A stretch of 64,000 nt of DNA from Paraspadella gotoi (GCA_051294375.1 CM119267.1:22321486-22385485); one strand, 5' to 3'. Positions 27,277-41,101 are shown, counted from the first letter of the stretch. The notes: generated by a model from the letters alone, not told the origin. Numbers and translations are program-made.

Positions 27277-27706
27277 AGGAGAGAGAGAGAGAGAGAGAGA
27301 GGATTTAAATTTTAAGGGATTAAGCGTCTGGTCAATAAAAGGCCGAAGAAACGGAGAAGTTTTAACCTCAAAATATATATATATATATTTTTAGTTAACT
27401 CGACCTAATATGGGAAAACTCCTCGTTCTCCACTTCATTCAATTAAACCCGCAGGTTAAAAATTAAAAAAACTCCGGGACGACGAGGATTCTCGGAATGC
27501 GACGTCGATTTGAGACGATTAAAGACTAAAGAGCCTTAATGACCTTCGTGAACGTAAGCGTCGAAGGGCCGGTCTCCCGCCTCGCGTCTCGGCTCCTTGG
27601 CCCCGCGGAGCCCCTCGAGGTCCTCCTCGGCCGTCTCGTAGTCCTTGGAGGAGACAGAGGAAGTGCTCGGCCTTTTCGCCTTGGAGTGGCGGGCTCGACT
27701 GGACAT
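18814..27706 (-). CDS. FANCD2: Fanconi anemia group D2 protein (more than 20 exons)
   Basis: Monoubiquitination-site motif IIIRKQLSS (Lys codon 23578-23580), QESLVKMLL, LEDIDGVL, WFRELLNGF, FREFDIEV, FQQCTRVLNHLCGHSK, C-terminal AFWMGNLKNRNLQGEEI and acidic tail (last exon 18989-18814). The 5'-most exons are less certain. Confidence 0.93.
24355..24936 (+). CDS. Orphan small Cys-rich secreted, probably GPI-anchored protein (about 167 aa), nested antisense in FANCD2 intron 24022-25082
   Basis: Exons 24355-24594 (CAG|GCGAGT) and 24673-24936 (AACAG|) join in phase 0 across a 78-nt intron. N-terminal hydrophobic signal, 8 Cys, C-terminal hydrophobic tail running to the stop codon. Confidence 0.65.
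27219..27301. repeat. Interrupted (GA)n microsatellite in a 5' intron of FANCD2
   Basis: Directly visible; reads (TC)n on the sense strand just upstream of the acceptor near 27189. Confidence 0.95.
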
Positions 27707-28383
27707 TGTCTCAGATTCTATTTTTAAAGCATGGGATGCTGGAGATTGAACAGTATAAATCACTTTCTTCTAACTGCCTTTATACGCTATCAAAAAAAGT
27801 AACCAACAGTAATCAGTATGTATAAATAAATCGTTAGCTCAGACAACCAAGTTAACTGATGTCGCATGTTATTTCGTAAATGGGATTAAAAGCCTAACAG
27901 TAACAGGGATGGAAATGAGGGAATTTTAAACGAATTAATCGAACTAAATATATATAACGATTTCATTACGAGTATTTCTTTCAGTCTTTTTATCCTCGCC
28001 TTTGGCCATTAACGCTATTTTTCGACGCAGGAGGTCGACGATGACGCCCAGGAGGTGGCGTGGGGTGAGACGCAGCTGTAACGCCACGTGAGATAGAGAG
28101 AGAGAGAGAAGAATTTGAAGCATTTTATATCTACTAGTCGAACTTAATGAGAACCAGATCGGCGAGGTGAAAAAAAAGGTAGAAAGAGGGGAAAAACCCC
28201 CAAATTGATACTATCAGAAAATGAAAAAAATACTAGAGGCAATGGGGTGTTTAATGATCTCGAACAAAAAAAAAAATATCGCGATGTTGTGACGGTACAG
28301 GAATGGATGGATAATGATTTGTTGAACAATGTATAGCAGAGGCAAGCAAAAGCAATCGTATTTGTTTCATTTTCTCTTTCGCA

Positions 28384-30956
28384 TCAGACGAAGAGCCGCT
28401 TGACGAGTGCTCCGGGAATACCGTCCGACTTCCGCTTCATGCCGGCGGTCAAAAGTCTCGAGGCGACGTTGGGCGCGGCCTCACGCGTCGCCTCCGCAGC
28501 AGCCTTGCTCAACGGCATGGGGAGGAGGTGTCCGGGGGTGGGGTAGGGTTTATTCGAGAAGTAGGACATCTGCGGGGACGTGAGTGGATAAAATCTTATT
28601 TTTTAAAAGGGAAAAATCGTAAAAGTAGTAATAAAAAAAGATCTCCCTCACCTGAAGAGCCTCTGCCGCGGTGCATCTGGTCAAAGGGTTAAGAGAGAGG
28701 AGTCGCTCCAGCAGCAGCAAGAGATCGTCGCCGGCGGCTGTGAAGATGTGGCGCAGGGGTTGCGCCACGTAAGTCTCGTAGGCGATGTAGTCGGGCAGCT
28801 CGGTCAGGCCTGGCCAGGTGTCGTTAGTGGGCGTGCCCCGAACCTTGAGTGGGAAAAAGGGGGCTCACGACGATGACTCATTTCCTTTTATATTGCGTAA
28901 GTAAACGATCGACGTATCATTATTTACAAGATCTTAATTCTTTCAACACCTGAGCCGGGCAAACGGTCTTTTATCCGCTCTCGATTAAATGACATCTTCA
29001 TATAATTCGTGTCATTAAATTTGAACGACGTCGTGTAATCGCGTAATCAATCAAACTCAAACTCGGTCGCAACTTTTCTCGTCTTCCACTCGTCTCTATT
29101 ACGTGGGCCGCTGGGTCGGACCCCTACCAGGCTTCGACGTTCTTTTCTCTCTCCAACCAAGTTTTGAAGTAATTTCATATGCATTTGAGTTATAAATAGT
29201 AAAAATTACATCGTACCTACTAAGGCGTAAGGAGCCAACATTTAGTAATGTTGGAGTTAAAAAAACATTAAGTTCACCCCGATGATCCACCTGAAATATT
29301 TTGGCGAGCTGCTCCAAATCGGATTCGCCGGGGAAGACGGGTGCACGCAACAAAAGCTCGGCGAGGATACATCCGGTAGCCCAAAGATCAACGCCCACGC
29401 CGTAATTACTGAGAGGGAGAGAAATTGGGTTTTCCTCAGTTCCGGAGCGACGATGCGGGGGGAAAATTGGGTGACCATCACGTCATGTCAAGAATCATAA
29501 CCTATGGTAAAACTAAAAGACGGGTAGGTTTAAAGATTTACTGGTGTTGATACTCAGGTCATTTTATTATCTTGTTATCGATGAATCGTAAAAATTAAAC
29601 GAGACAAACAAACAACTCGAGATCACGCACCGAGCGCCGAAGAGAAGTTCTGGGCACCGATACCATCGAGTGACTACTTGATGGGTGTAAACGCGAGAGG
29701 GCGATCCGAACAATTTGGCTAGACCGAAATCGGCGATTTTTAAAACCCCTTTCGTGTTGATGAGCAAATTATTGGGCTGATGGAGGAAAGGCGGAGAAAA
29801 AAGCGTCACATTGATGAAAAAAAGTTTTAATCTGCTAATCATGGTCTAAATATCCTTTTTTTCTTCCAATTCTTCGCCGATGTCACCTTCATATCCCTGT
29901 GGAGTATCCAGTTACAGTGCAAGTACTCGAGACCTTTAAGAGTTTGTATCATGTAAGACTTGACGTGGCCGCTCTGCAGAACCAACGAAGAGTCTTTGAT
30001 GATAAGTTCCAGGTCCGTGTCGCAAAATTCATACACTAAACAAAGAGAGTCGCTATGAGAGGGACGCGCCCGGGTTAAAAACTCTTCGTATTCATTAGAG
30101 CGAATCGAAATACCCAAGGAGATGTTGCTCTTTTGTCCGAAGACGTCGACGAGGCCGATGATGTTTTCGTGACCGAGTTCTTGCAACAACTTGATCTCCC
30201 GCAAAGCCGTTCTGTTGATGCCGTCGGCGGCTTCGCTTCGCTGCCCCACTTTTATCTTTTTGACTGTTGAGTGGTGAGGGCGGGGGGGGAGGGGGGTGGA
30301 AAATTGGGATGAGTGGGGATGGGGGCAAATCTGGTTGAGGATTGCCAGGGATGTGTTTATTTTCTAAGAAGGTTTTATTTCTTTTTTATGGCTCCTCAAA
30401 CAGTCAAAGATATTTCGTTAAATTAACACATGTGATTGACAACAGATCTTCTTTTCTGGTTAAAGTTTTTTTTTAAAAATGATTTAATTCATATTTTCAC
30501 TTAGCTTACATAAGAGAATATTCATTATAAACATTTCATCGAACAGAACTAGCAACAAATAAGGCAAACTTAATAGTTAGTCATATTTTTCTGATTTTTC
30601 TTATAATTTAAATGTTATCATATGCTAACTTTTAATACTTACTCGTTAAAAAATTAAGTGCTAAGTTTCTAAAAAGGGTCTCGTGCTCGATATCTCGGTG
30701 GGTTACACAATTCGTATTCACTTTTTCATCGTTATGTCTAACGGGAGACTCGGGTGTATACATATATGTATTTATTGGCTAGGCCTATCCTCCCCCCACC
30801 CTCAGTAGGTCTCAGATTCCGATCAGTACCTGCGACTATCTTGTTATCGTCCTGCGTGTCCTTGGCCTTGTAAACCGTGGCGAATTGCCCTTCTCCCAAA
30901 AACTCGATCTTTTCATATCTTTTCGTTCGGTCCCCATCGCCGGTGAGAAGCGACAT
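28384..30956 (-). CDS. CDK7: Cyclin-dependent kinase 7
   Basis: [93 protein letters not shown]-terminal KRLFV. Confidence 0.97.
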
Positions 30957-32416
30957 GGAGGCGAGGGTGAGTTACGACAGCGAAGGCGCCGAGTCAAGTA
31001 ACTTGGTTGTTGCGCTTCCTTTAAATATCTATCGGTTGTTTTTAATAGCACACGATCTCAAATAAACGAAAAATAAAACACATGAGTATATAATAGCTAA
31101 TAAAAGTTTCTCGCTTGGAAAACGAAATGGCAGCTTATCGGCAATAATACATAAAATTTCTTTTTCGGGGAAAGTGTGAAAGTGAATGGAATAGAAAACG
31201 AACCAGGGTTTTCTATTTCTTTTAATATGTATATATATTTTTTTGCAACAGTAACTAACGAATATTCGTCGTGAAGGTAAAATATCGCAGGTACCTCAAT
31301 TGAAAGTATTCTGGGTTGAAATGGTTGAAAATCAAAATTTCTTTCAAATTTATTATCTATTGTCTTGGAAACGTTGACTAGAGAAAGGTGCTAAGCTACC
31401 ATCAATTTTTAACTCCAAAGAGATATAGTTAAATATAGCTAACTATGATAAGAAAATATACGTTAAAAACGTCAAATCTGCTATTTAGGCATTCTCCTAA
31501 TTTTGCACATTGGCTTGAACGGCATACTGGCACAGTAACTAAAAAGAAAAAACAATCGGCATTCCATAAACGAATGTAAAATCTATGTTGGATTTGGAGA
31601 TATAACGAGACAAACAAGAGTATTTATTTTTCAACATACGCATCAAGACGCTAATATAGCCGGAAGAAGTGTTGTTCATTGTTCAATATGAAATGAGCAA
31701 AGTTGTACGCACGAGACAACACCGTTTTGTACTTACTATCATAACTATAACTGGACAATATTTCGACGTGAACGTCATAACTCAAATAACATGAAACCTT
31801 GTTTTGCTTTGGTTAAGTACTCGGGAATTTTAATTCTCCATAAGTAGTAAGGATAATAATATTTAAAGCTTTTCCATAATTTCTTTCAACAGAAAGAAGG
31901 AAAGAAAATCTGTCGTTCAACAGTTCAGGAATATTGGGTGGGAAGAGATTGCTAAAATACAAAACGATAACTCGAATTATGCCTGGAAGAATAAAAATAA
32001 AAAACACTTTTTGTGTGTATAACGAGGAAAAGTGACTGATACGAAATAAAAGACAAAAAGACGATAAATCGTATCTCCTCTTTGCGTGCGTCGGGATAAT
32101 CAAAAAATAATCACGAACAAAAAACTCTCGCCGTCTACGTAGTACGCAATGTTATCGCGTTATACGATATAGATAACAGAGGGAGATGGGGGGGGGGAGA
32201 GCAGAAATGGTAGACGGGAAGGGTTAGCGTTTTTTAGGGCAAAAATAATAAAAACACTAGTATCGATAAACATAATAATACGGCGAAGAAATTTGGTGGG
32301 ATCAGCGTGATAAGGGAAAATGGAGAGGGGAAGGTGGAAGAATGAAACAAAAATATCGTTAACGATATATAATAAAAGTGTAATCTTTGTAAGGGTATCT
32401 CCTCGGCTAAATCTAA

Positions 32417-35400
32417 CTAATAAAACTCGTCCTCGTAATTGACCATAGAGTCCGTCGGGGAGGTGACTATGTACTGGGCGGAGAATCCTTTCCAGTTGAT
32501 CGTTTCGTCCGATTTGAACCGGATCATCATGCTGTCGCCCGACGAGGTGAGCACGTCGGGCAGTTGATTGCCGCAATATCGCCCGAACAGCGCGGCCGAG
32601 TCTTTGTAACCGTCGTAGACCTGAGAAATAATCGGGGAAAGGACGTGTGGAGTAGAGAGAGAGAGAGAGAGAACAAGCGGAGGAAAAAAAAGGGGGAGAA
32701 AACAACATTACATTTTTGAAGTATTTATCGTTTTTTAATTGTTTTTAATAATTTTTCGGTTCTCATTTCTCACCTCGACGTAATCGTAAGTGCAGTCCAT
32801 CTCGTCCTCGACCTCGAAAGTCGAGAACCTGAGACGGACGTTGTATCCTTCTTCCGAGGAGGTCAGCGTCCAGTCGCAGTCTTCGTTGTTGTCGTAGTTT
32901 TTGTCGCCGTAGGTGGCGTGGGAGTACAGATCCTGGTAGGCGGGCGTGGCCATCAAGTGGCCCCCGCACACGGTCGAATGCATGGCCTGGAACCCTTTGC
33001 GCTGCACCGAGGCGTCCGAGTAGAATCGCATGAAGAGACGGTTGGCGGAGGCAAGGATCGGGTGGGGCAGCTTGCTGCCGCAGAAACGACCCAGCACCTG
33101 CGCGTCGGCCGTGTTGCCGTCGTAGAGCTCCACGTGGTCGTAGGAGCACTCCTGGTGCGGTTCCATCTCGAAGTGGTTGAACTGCAGCTTGACCCGGTGG
33201 CCAGGGGTGGTGGTGAAATGCCACGTGCAGTCCTTTCGGCTCGGATAAAAGTCAGGAAAGTTGGGGCTGCTGATCTCGCCCTTGGGCGCGGTGATCTCGT
33301 GCTGGCATCCGCCCTCCTTGCAATCGAACTTGTTCTCATGGAGAGTGAAGCCATTGTGGCAGTGGCACTCGAAAGAGCCGATGGTGTTCTTGCAAATGTG
33401 CTGGCAGTTTCCGTTCTCGACGGCGCACTCGTCCCGGTCGGTGAAGAAGAAGGCTTTGAAGCCGGTCTTCTGGACGGAGTTGTCAGAGTTGAACTCGATT
33501 CTCATGAAGTTGCTCTCCGAGGTGATCACCGTCGGTAGAGTGGAGCCGCAGAAAACGCCATGAACGGTGTTGTCGCCGCCGGAAACGCTGGCGCCGCTTC
33601 CGCCGACGACGCCGCCGGTCATTCCGTTGCCGAGAATGATGTCGCCGCCCACAATGGGTGTCGACGTGGATGAAGATGATGACTGACCGCTCCGCACCTC
33701 GAGCGAGTCGTACTCGCAATCCTGGTTGTTGCCCTCCAAATCAAAGTGGGTGAAGTTGAGGGTAATCCTGTATTGCGCCGGCGCCTCGATCTGCCACACG
33801 CAATTTTTGTTCGACGGGTAGAGCTCGGGAAACGATGGGCTGGCGATGGTGCCGTTGATGGCTTTGATGTGGCCCCCGCAGGCGTCCTCGCACCTCTTTC
33901 CGTCCGAATGAAGCTCGAACCCAATGCGGCACTGACATGTGTAGCCGCCGAGGGTGTTAATGCACTCGTGCTCGCATCCATGATCGCTCGTAGCGCACTC
34001 GTCGTACTCCTTCATGAAGCTGGCGGCGAAGCCGGCCTTTTGCACGCTCCCGTCGGAGACGAATTTGACGTAGAGTTTGTTGGAATGAGACTTGATGTCG
34101 TCGGGGACTTTGTAGCCGCAAAACTTGCCAATGAGAGGGGAACGTTCGTCGTGACCGTCGCGGACTTCGAGATAATCGTAGACGCAGGAGTCGTGATTCT
34201 CCACCTCGAACGACTGGAACTTGAGCGCGACGGCGAAAGATTCGGGGACGGTGATCTTCCACACGCACTCCTTGTTGGGCCGGTAGTCGTCGGGGTAGTT
34301 GGGACTGCTCAGCTGACCGGTTTCCATGAGAATCTCGCCGCCGCAACGGGCCTCGTACTTAGCCTTGAAGCCGGTGCCGTGGTTACCGGCCGTGGCCCGA
34401 TACTCTATCCACATACGGCTCCCGGAAGAAATCAGCATCGGCGGCAGCTTGCCAACGCCGCAGAAGCGGCCCAGCAGCGGCGATTTGAACCAATAGCCAT
34501 CTCGAACTTCCAGGTAGTCGGTGTAGCAGTTTTCCGTCATGTGAATGTTCATCTCAGTAATGTTGAGCACGATCTTTTCGCCGTGCGTTGCGGAGACTCG
34601 CCACTGGCAGTGGCGCGGACTTCCGGCGTCGGGAAACTGTGGGGAAGTGAAGACGCCGTTGGAATTCTGCAGGGTCCGGCCGCACTGGGGACACTTGTAG
34701 AGCAGGTTAGCCTGGCGAATGTCGCCGGGACTCAGCTTGATGCGCTGACCAATCTCCGGACGCTTCTGTCCCTCGGGGACCTTGGGAAGGATGGTGTCGA
34801 TGTAAGTCCCGCGGGAGAAAGTGTTCCGCGCGTAGTGCATAATGCTGGCAAAGTCATACGGTTCTCCCAGCGAGTCCACTTCGCTCTCGGAGAGTTTGTT
34901 AAAGTTGTACTCTTGATTTTGAATGATGTGCTTGCGCAAGATGATGACGTGGTCGTCCCTGTCGGGACGTGTGTGTTCGTGCCAAAACCCGATCACATGA
35001 CCCAGTTCGTGCACGACGATGCCAAATTTGTCGCAGTTTTTTCCGATGGAGATTGCTTGGGGTCCGTTTCCCCGTTTCCCGACAAAGGAGCAGCACCCGC
35101 ACGGCCGCTCTGTGAAGACAATGTAGTTTTTCTCGTTCTGCCGCTCGACGAAGGTGGCGCAGGTGTGGTTCTCCCAGTGGCGCATGGCCATTTTGAATAG
35201 GGCTTTGTGCGAACCGCTGAAATTGGCGTCGATCACGTACGGGATTACGGCGTGGTCCCAGAGGCGTTCAGGACGCGCCGTCGCCGCCCGCCGGGCGCGG
35301 GACACGGTCTCGCCTCGCTCACGAAAGAAACGCGCAGCCGCCTTGCGGCGCTCGTGCATACGGTCCTGGCGTTTGCGGTTCCACTTTTCGCTCTTGGCGC

Positions 35401-36334
35401 GAAGTCGGGTCAACTTGGCCTCATGGCGTTTGATCTTGAGCTCGAGACGTTCGACCTTGGACATTTGCTTCCGTCCGCCCTTCCTTCCCTTCTTGCCTCT
35501 CCTTCCCTTTTTGGCGCGCTTGTTGCCCGGTCTTTTCCCGTCGACTTTTGCCCGGCCACGATTTCTCCTTTTCTTTTCCTTTCTCCTCTTACCCGCTGGA
35601 TGTCGTTGTCGACCGAGGTCTGGGTCATCGTCGTCTTCTTCGTCGTCAACGTCCAACGGCGACGAAGACGGACCGAGGTAAATAGAGGTTTCATTCGGAT
35701 TTTGTGCCATTGACGATAAATTCGCTGCCGAGGACGACGACGACGACGACGACGACGCGGCCTCCATCTTTTCACGCCTCCTTCGCTCCATCGCTGCGAA
35801 GAATTCCTGGTCGGCATCGGCGAGGGCGATGTCGCCCATGAACCCTTTCGCTTTACACGGGTCCATGAAGATGTCGTCCGAAGTCTTGGCTCCGTCGAAA
35901 GAAGACGTCGCCTCTACCCCGTTGACGACCGACTCGAGAAAGTCGGCGACGATGAGGGCATTGGCGGCGTGAAACTTGTCCGCCGCGGGGTCCGTTGGCC
36001 GCCGGCGTCGGGGCGGCGAGTCTTCGCTTTTAATGTCATTTTCTTTCGTCTTTTTGTGCCTAACGTCGGTGTTGCTATCATTTTTATTATCACTGTGACG
36101 CTGATTTTGACTACTGCGAGGAGAAGAAAGGTTCGTGAGGTGATTGGGCCGTTTGATCCCTGATGAAATCACGCCGAAGTTCGATCGCGACGTCGCTAGT
36201 CTTTGGTCATCGTTGTTGTCGCTACGAGTCACAACTTGATTGACGATCGGCGTCAGACACTCGCAGCAAATATACAGCAGCAAGAGCCACAACTTGCGAG
36301 AGGTCTCCGGGGAAAGGGAGGGAAAGATATGCAT
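32417..36334 (-). CDS. BMP1: BMP1/tolloid astacin metalloprotease (about 1254 aa)
   Basis: Exons 36334-32774 and 32620-32417. Hydrophobic N-terminus, prodomain [14 protein letters not shown], furin site [33 protein letters not shown], Met-turn SIMHY, then CUB-CUB-EGF-CUB-EGF-CUB-CUB. The exact paralogue (BMP1, TLL or tolloid) is unresolved. Confidence 0.95.
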
Positions 36335-36799
36335 TCTGAATTGTTTGTTTGGGAGAGGGGAAGTGGCAAGGGAAAAGAAGAAAATCGAGGAAAGAAAATA
36401 AAAAAGGATAAGGAGGCTGTTTTAATTCTCAAAGGTCAAAAAAATCCGATTTTCGTCTTCATTCCGAGGAGAGACGATCGAAATTTAAAATGCATTTTGA
36501 TTTGAGTTTTTTTTTCTTTCTGTCTTTAGAAATCTTTTGTTTTTTCGTTTTTATTTTTATGACTTTTTATTCCCCAGATGGACTCGGCGAATCGTCAACG
36601 ACGTCCGAACGAAATAAAAGTCCCCGTCGTCGTGGAAAGAGCGGGCATCGTCGAAATGAACCCATTTCTTTCGCCGGGTCCGTCTTTTATCCGCATCGAG
36701 GGGAGAGCGAGGAAAAAAAAAGAGAGAGAACACTGGGAAAGAGCGAGAGGAGATAAGAGAGAGAGAAAAAAAACTAGTGATATATAAAGATTTGGTATC

Positions 36800-36804
<5 letters not shown>

Positions 36805-36889
<85 letters not shown>
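36805..36889. repeat. (GA)n microsatellite upstream of tolloid
   Basis: About 85 nt of GA repeat with one interruption at 36841, about 470 nt 5' of the tolloid ATG. Confidence 0.95.
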
Positions 36890-36890
<1 letters not shown>

Positions 36891-38881
36891 GGACGAGGAT
36901 TCCTCAACAAAAACCGCCGTATCACCGTCGCTTTCCTCGCCGTCATCCTTCACCTCATCCTCTTCCCGATCCTATTCCTCTTTCGACGTTCGCTCCAGTG
37001 AATTGTGGTCTCAGGGGGATTCTCTCTTTGATTTTAACTCTCTCTCATCGGTTCGTGCGCTCTCTCTCTCTCTTCCCTTTTTTAACGACCCCTTTTTGGG
37101 AAATATCGAGATCGAAGAGATTTACCGAGGTCTTCGTCCACCTTTTCCTTTTTCAATCGCACCCCGAATAGATTAGATCACTTCGTTTCATTCTTTATCA
37201 TTTACCCCCGCAAAAGTGTATAAGCCCTGCCGATATAAATGGGATACTCTCTTTTTCCAACCTATTCATTCCTTTACTACGAAACGATTTTTACAGCTCA
37301 TCTCAGCTCTTAACACTCCCCGCATCCCCATCCTCTACCCACTCCCTAGTGGTTTACCCACCCCTTCTTCCCCGACTCCAAAATCCCCGAGGGGTAAATC
37401 ACTAAAGCCTTCGAAGCTTTCGCGAGAAAAGTCTCGATCAAACTCGCGACGATTAGGAAACGTTCTACTTGTGTCGATCTTTATTCGAGATTATAATTTT
37501 TTTTTCCTCTTCGAGGAAGATACATCGGTTCCAAAAGACGGTATATTTGAGATTTTTTTTCTTCGGATTATCAGGATTGAGAAAACCTCACAAGAGAGTC
37601 GAGAAACGTGGTTAGAGTCTGAGATCATTGATTTTCGTTGAAGATATTTCGACTTTTTTTTTCCTCTCGAAGTCATTTTCTTCGAGTTTATTGTCCGCCA
37701 ATGAACCTTCACTAGACCGAGTCTCTTTCTGCCGAGAATCCCCTTTTAAGAAGACAGTCTTTATCATTGTCTTCAAGATTCGCCCCCTTTCTCTCAAGAA
37801 ACGACGCCAAAGGCAACGATACAAAAGGCACGATCGGTTCGGAGACTCGCATCAATCAAGGAGTCTGTCACTTGGGTTATCCCCTCTTGTTTCCTGTTCG
37901 CAGTCGGCGATCGACTCTCTCCCCATTTTGTTTACATACCCGATTCACTTGCTCTTTATCTTTCGCTCACTTATTTTTTGTGGTTGGTTGTTGCGATATT
38001 AAACCCGACTCGACCTAATTACTGGGAGACACGAACCGACCAGATTTTTTTGTCTTTTCTCAGTGCCACAACAAAGGGGAGAACTCATCATAATGTAAAG
38101 CACTGTAAAATAACTAAGGCCTTTAGTATCTAGGTTTTTTAGAAAAATACATTTTCACAAAAATTTAGATGAGCTGAGAGCGAGTTGTTCTATAACCGCA
38201 TAACGGTAACCGGTCGTAAAACCCGTCATCAGAGAAAGAGAAAGAGCCCAAAATATCGTGATCCTGGCATTGACGGTGAACCAGATTAAAAACGATCTCA
38301 CAAAGAATTAGTGGGAGAAAGACAATGAAGAGACGGGAGATTGTAAACAATCCGATGCATCTTTCAGAGGGAGGGAAAGAGTGACGCCTGTTTAACGTTA
38401 ACGGCCGGGGAGGGATGGGGATAGAGAGAGCATCAACGGAACTCCGAGGCCGGTGTTAGAGGGCGCGAGCTCCGGATGCGTCTTGTCAGGGAAGGAGAAG
38501 ATTTACAGGCAGGAAATCCATTTGGGAGAAATAAGATAAACAAAGAGGGGGAGAACGAGACGAACCAGGAAATAAGATCAGATCCGAACCCATGTTTTTT
38601 GCCCCTGTTATCGATGATCCCCATCGGCCATCGCGCGTGAGATAAGATTATTTTTTTTTTTTTAAGATTAATTCCACCGAATTCTTCCCAGAGGAGGCAT
38701 CGGCGCGCGGTAACTGAACATCAAAATAGATGACGGTTTTAAGACCATCGCGTATTTTTTTCACATTTAGGTTATGAAAATAGGGCAGCGGCCATCGCGG
38801 TCGGAATCCGATCTTCTCCTCTCCCGCCCGCTTTCCCATTAACATATTCGCTGTCGCTGACTCCCCCCCAATCTTCATCGG

Positions 38882-38891
38882 GTCACGTGAC
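38882..38891. promoter_or_regulatory. Palindromic extended E-box GTCACGTGAC
   Basis: Perfect 10-bp USF/MiT-TFE-type palindrome in the tolloid upstream region; second copy at 40613-40622. Function is inferred. Confidence 0.3.
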
Positions 38892-40597
38892 TCGTATTCA
38901 CGGGGACAAGGATAAGGACTTCGAGGTCATCCCACAGTTCGAGTCGAGAACAAGGAGTAAAAAGGAAAAGCGAGATTTTTCTGGGGTAATTATCAAACGA
39001 ACGGCGACCAAAAAACGATCAGAACACTTAGAAGCGAGTTGTTAAGAACGTTTGGGGAAAAGAATATGTTTGTATAAATTAAGAGTGTGAAAATAAAGGA
39101 AAACGCGACGAGGCCATTGCGGGTTCTCTCGTCGAGAGTCTTGAAGGATTACCTCTCACTTATGTCGGATTTTCTCGGCTCATTTCCTTCAGGAAAAAAA
39201 AAGGAAGTCTTTTAAAAAGCACTTCGAATCAATTAGGCATTGAAGTGTTTTCTTTCCCCTTTTGTCACCTTTGGTTCGAGTCGGACGTTAAAAAAAGACC
39301 GTCGAGTCTGATAATATTTATGGAAAAAAAAACTTATCTTTTAGTTTTACTTTTTAAAACGCCTTTTTTTTTCAGACAAGTTAAGCAACGCGACGCAGTT
39401 CGAAAAATAAATTTATGTAATGAATAAAAACATAGCAAATATTTTTATTTGCAAAACGTTACTTGTTACCAAAGATTAACAGACGAAAACAAAACGAATG
39501 GAATGTGTGTTACGAAACTTTGTCTGCGAAGTCAAATTATCGAAAGGAATGTAGGTTTTTTGAATTTCAAATTTCTCTTATTTCTAAGGCTCTCATTTGA
39601 TAATTTAAACAAGACGAGAAAATGATTTCGAGATTGGAAATTGGAACTCGATCATGAAAACGGGGAACTATAACCAGCTAAAAAAAATTGGAACTGGGAC
39701 GGAAAGACGAATAAAATAAAAGAATAAAATAAAACCAAGTTAAACCGCGAACAAAAACATCCGGGGTTGGAAATCCTATAAAAGTGTCGCCCCCCCCTTA
39801 GTTTTCTTACGTTTTAAGAGGCGGAAAAAAAGGTGTGTGGAGAGGGAATCGGAAAAGAGTGGGGAAGGAGGGTGGGGGGTGGAAAATAGAGGGATAAAAA
39901 AAAAAGAGTCGAGAGAGAGAGTGATTTTTATCGGTTTTCGAGTCGATAAAACTAAAAACCGCAAAACGTAAATCACACTTGGGCGCGAATCGGTGACTGG
40001 GTCGAGTCTCAGCTTCGACTCGACTTCGATCGATTCGCGTTCGATGAATCGACGCCTTGGCTTTGAGAAGGGGGCGGTAGGGGGGGGGGAGACTAGGGGA
40101 GAGAGACGGGAGAGAAAAGGCGACGACGAAGCCCACGTAACCGACATTCGCCGAATTCCTAAAAGTCGGTAGGCGATTTGAGAATTTCCCGTTGGCCGGT
40201 GGGACAGTTTTATCGAAATTTTGGAGTCTTTTTCACGAAAGACTGGACTGACAATTTTTCTGTCGAGAAAGTATTGAGGCGACGGTTTTAAAGAGAGAAT
40301 TCGAACTCCAAACGAATGCAAATCATGAGATAAGAGATTGAAAGAGTTATTTCCTGCAGTGGGTTTTTACTTGTTCTGCCCTACAAATTTAACTTTCGCG
40401 CGTCAAAAATAGAAAAAAAAACAGTTGCTTCTGCTCTTTTTCTATAATAAAGCGTCAACGTCGGGGAAAAAAGAATTCCTTCTCTCTCTCACCCTTAAAC
40501 TTTTTCTCTTCCCCCCCCCCCAATATCTGCCAGACCTCAAGATTTCGCCAGTTCGACCTTAAAACTGGTAAAAGGTGAAAGGACGCCTCGAGGGGCT

Positions 40598-40622
40598 CAC
40601 GTGGCGAGTTTAGTCACGTGAC
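40598..40622. promoter_or_regulatory. Paired E-boxes (CACGTG plus GTCACGTGAC)
   Basis: Two CACGTG cores 17 nt apart in a GC-richer patch between RPL13A and tolloid. Function is inferred. Confidence 0.3.
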
Positions 40623-41101
40623 CGCCCGAGGGAGAGGGGAAAAGTGAGAGGGTAATAAGAAGAGGAAGAGAACGATTTCAGGAGATCCCCCGAATTTTCC
40701 TCTCGCACAAATGTTCCTTTTATTTTTTTCCTTCGCGAACTCAAAACCGAAAATACACATGAAGCTGAAATAGGAAGCGTCTATTGTAAACAAATATATC
40801 GCGTAACATTTCTGATAGTTTTCGTTCACAAAAATTACAATAAAATATTTAATTTGGATTTATATTCAAGGGAAAGAAAGTATTTTTAACGATACAAATA
40901 AGTAAACCACTAAACTTCTTAACTATTTCCAAAATTAAAGTTTGAATACAAAAGGTTTCTTTCCTTTTTTTTTTTTTCTAAATCGTAACTTCTCCAGAGA
41001 GCGATCCAACTGGACTGGGGTCAAAGTGAAGCATTCTTTTCACTTCACCCCCTTCCACCTCCTTTTGACATTGCGGAAACAAGTTGGTCGAGTCGCGCGC
41101 C

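Noticed and set aside
33746-35200. 484-aa plus-strand ORF, and similar long ORFs opposite TTLL12, KICS2, TYW3 and COG3
   Set aside because: Antisense shadows of GC3-rich coding exons with no independent protein features.
36557-37001. ORFs with (RE)n or (SL)n runs, also at 27042-27308
   Set aside because: Translations of GA microsatellites.
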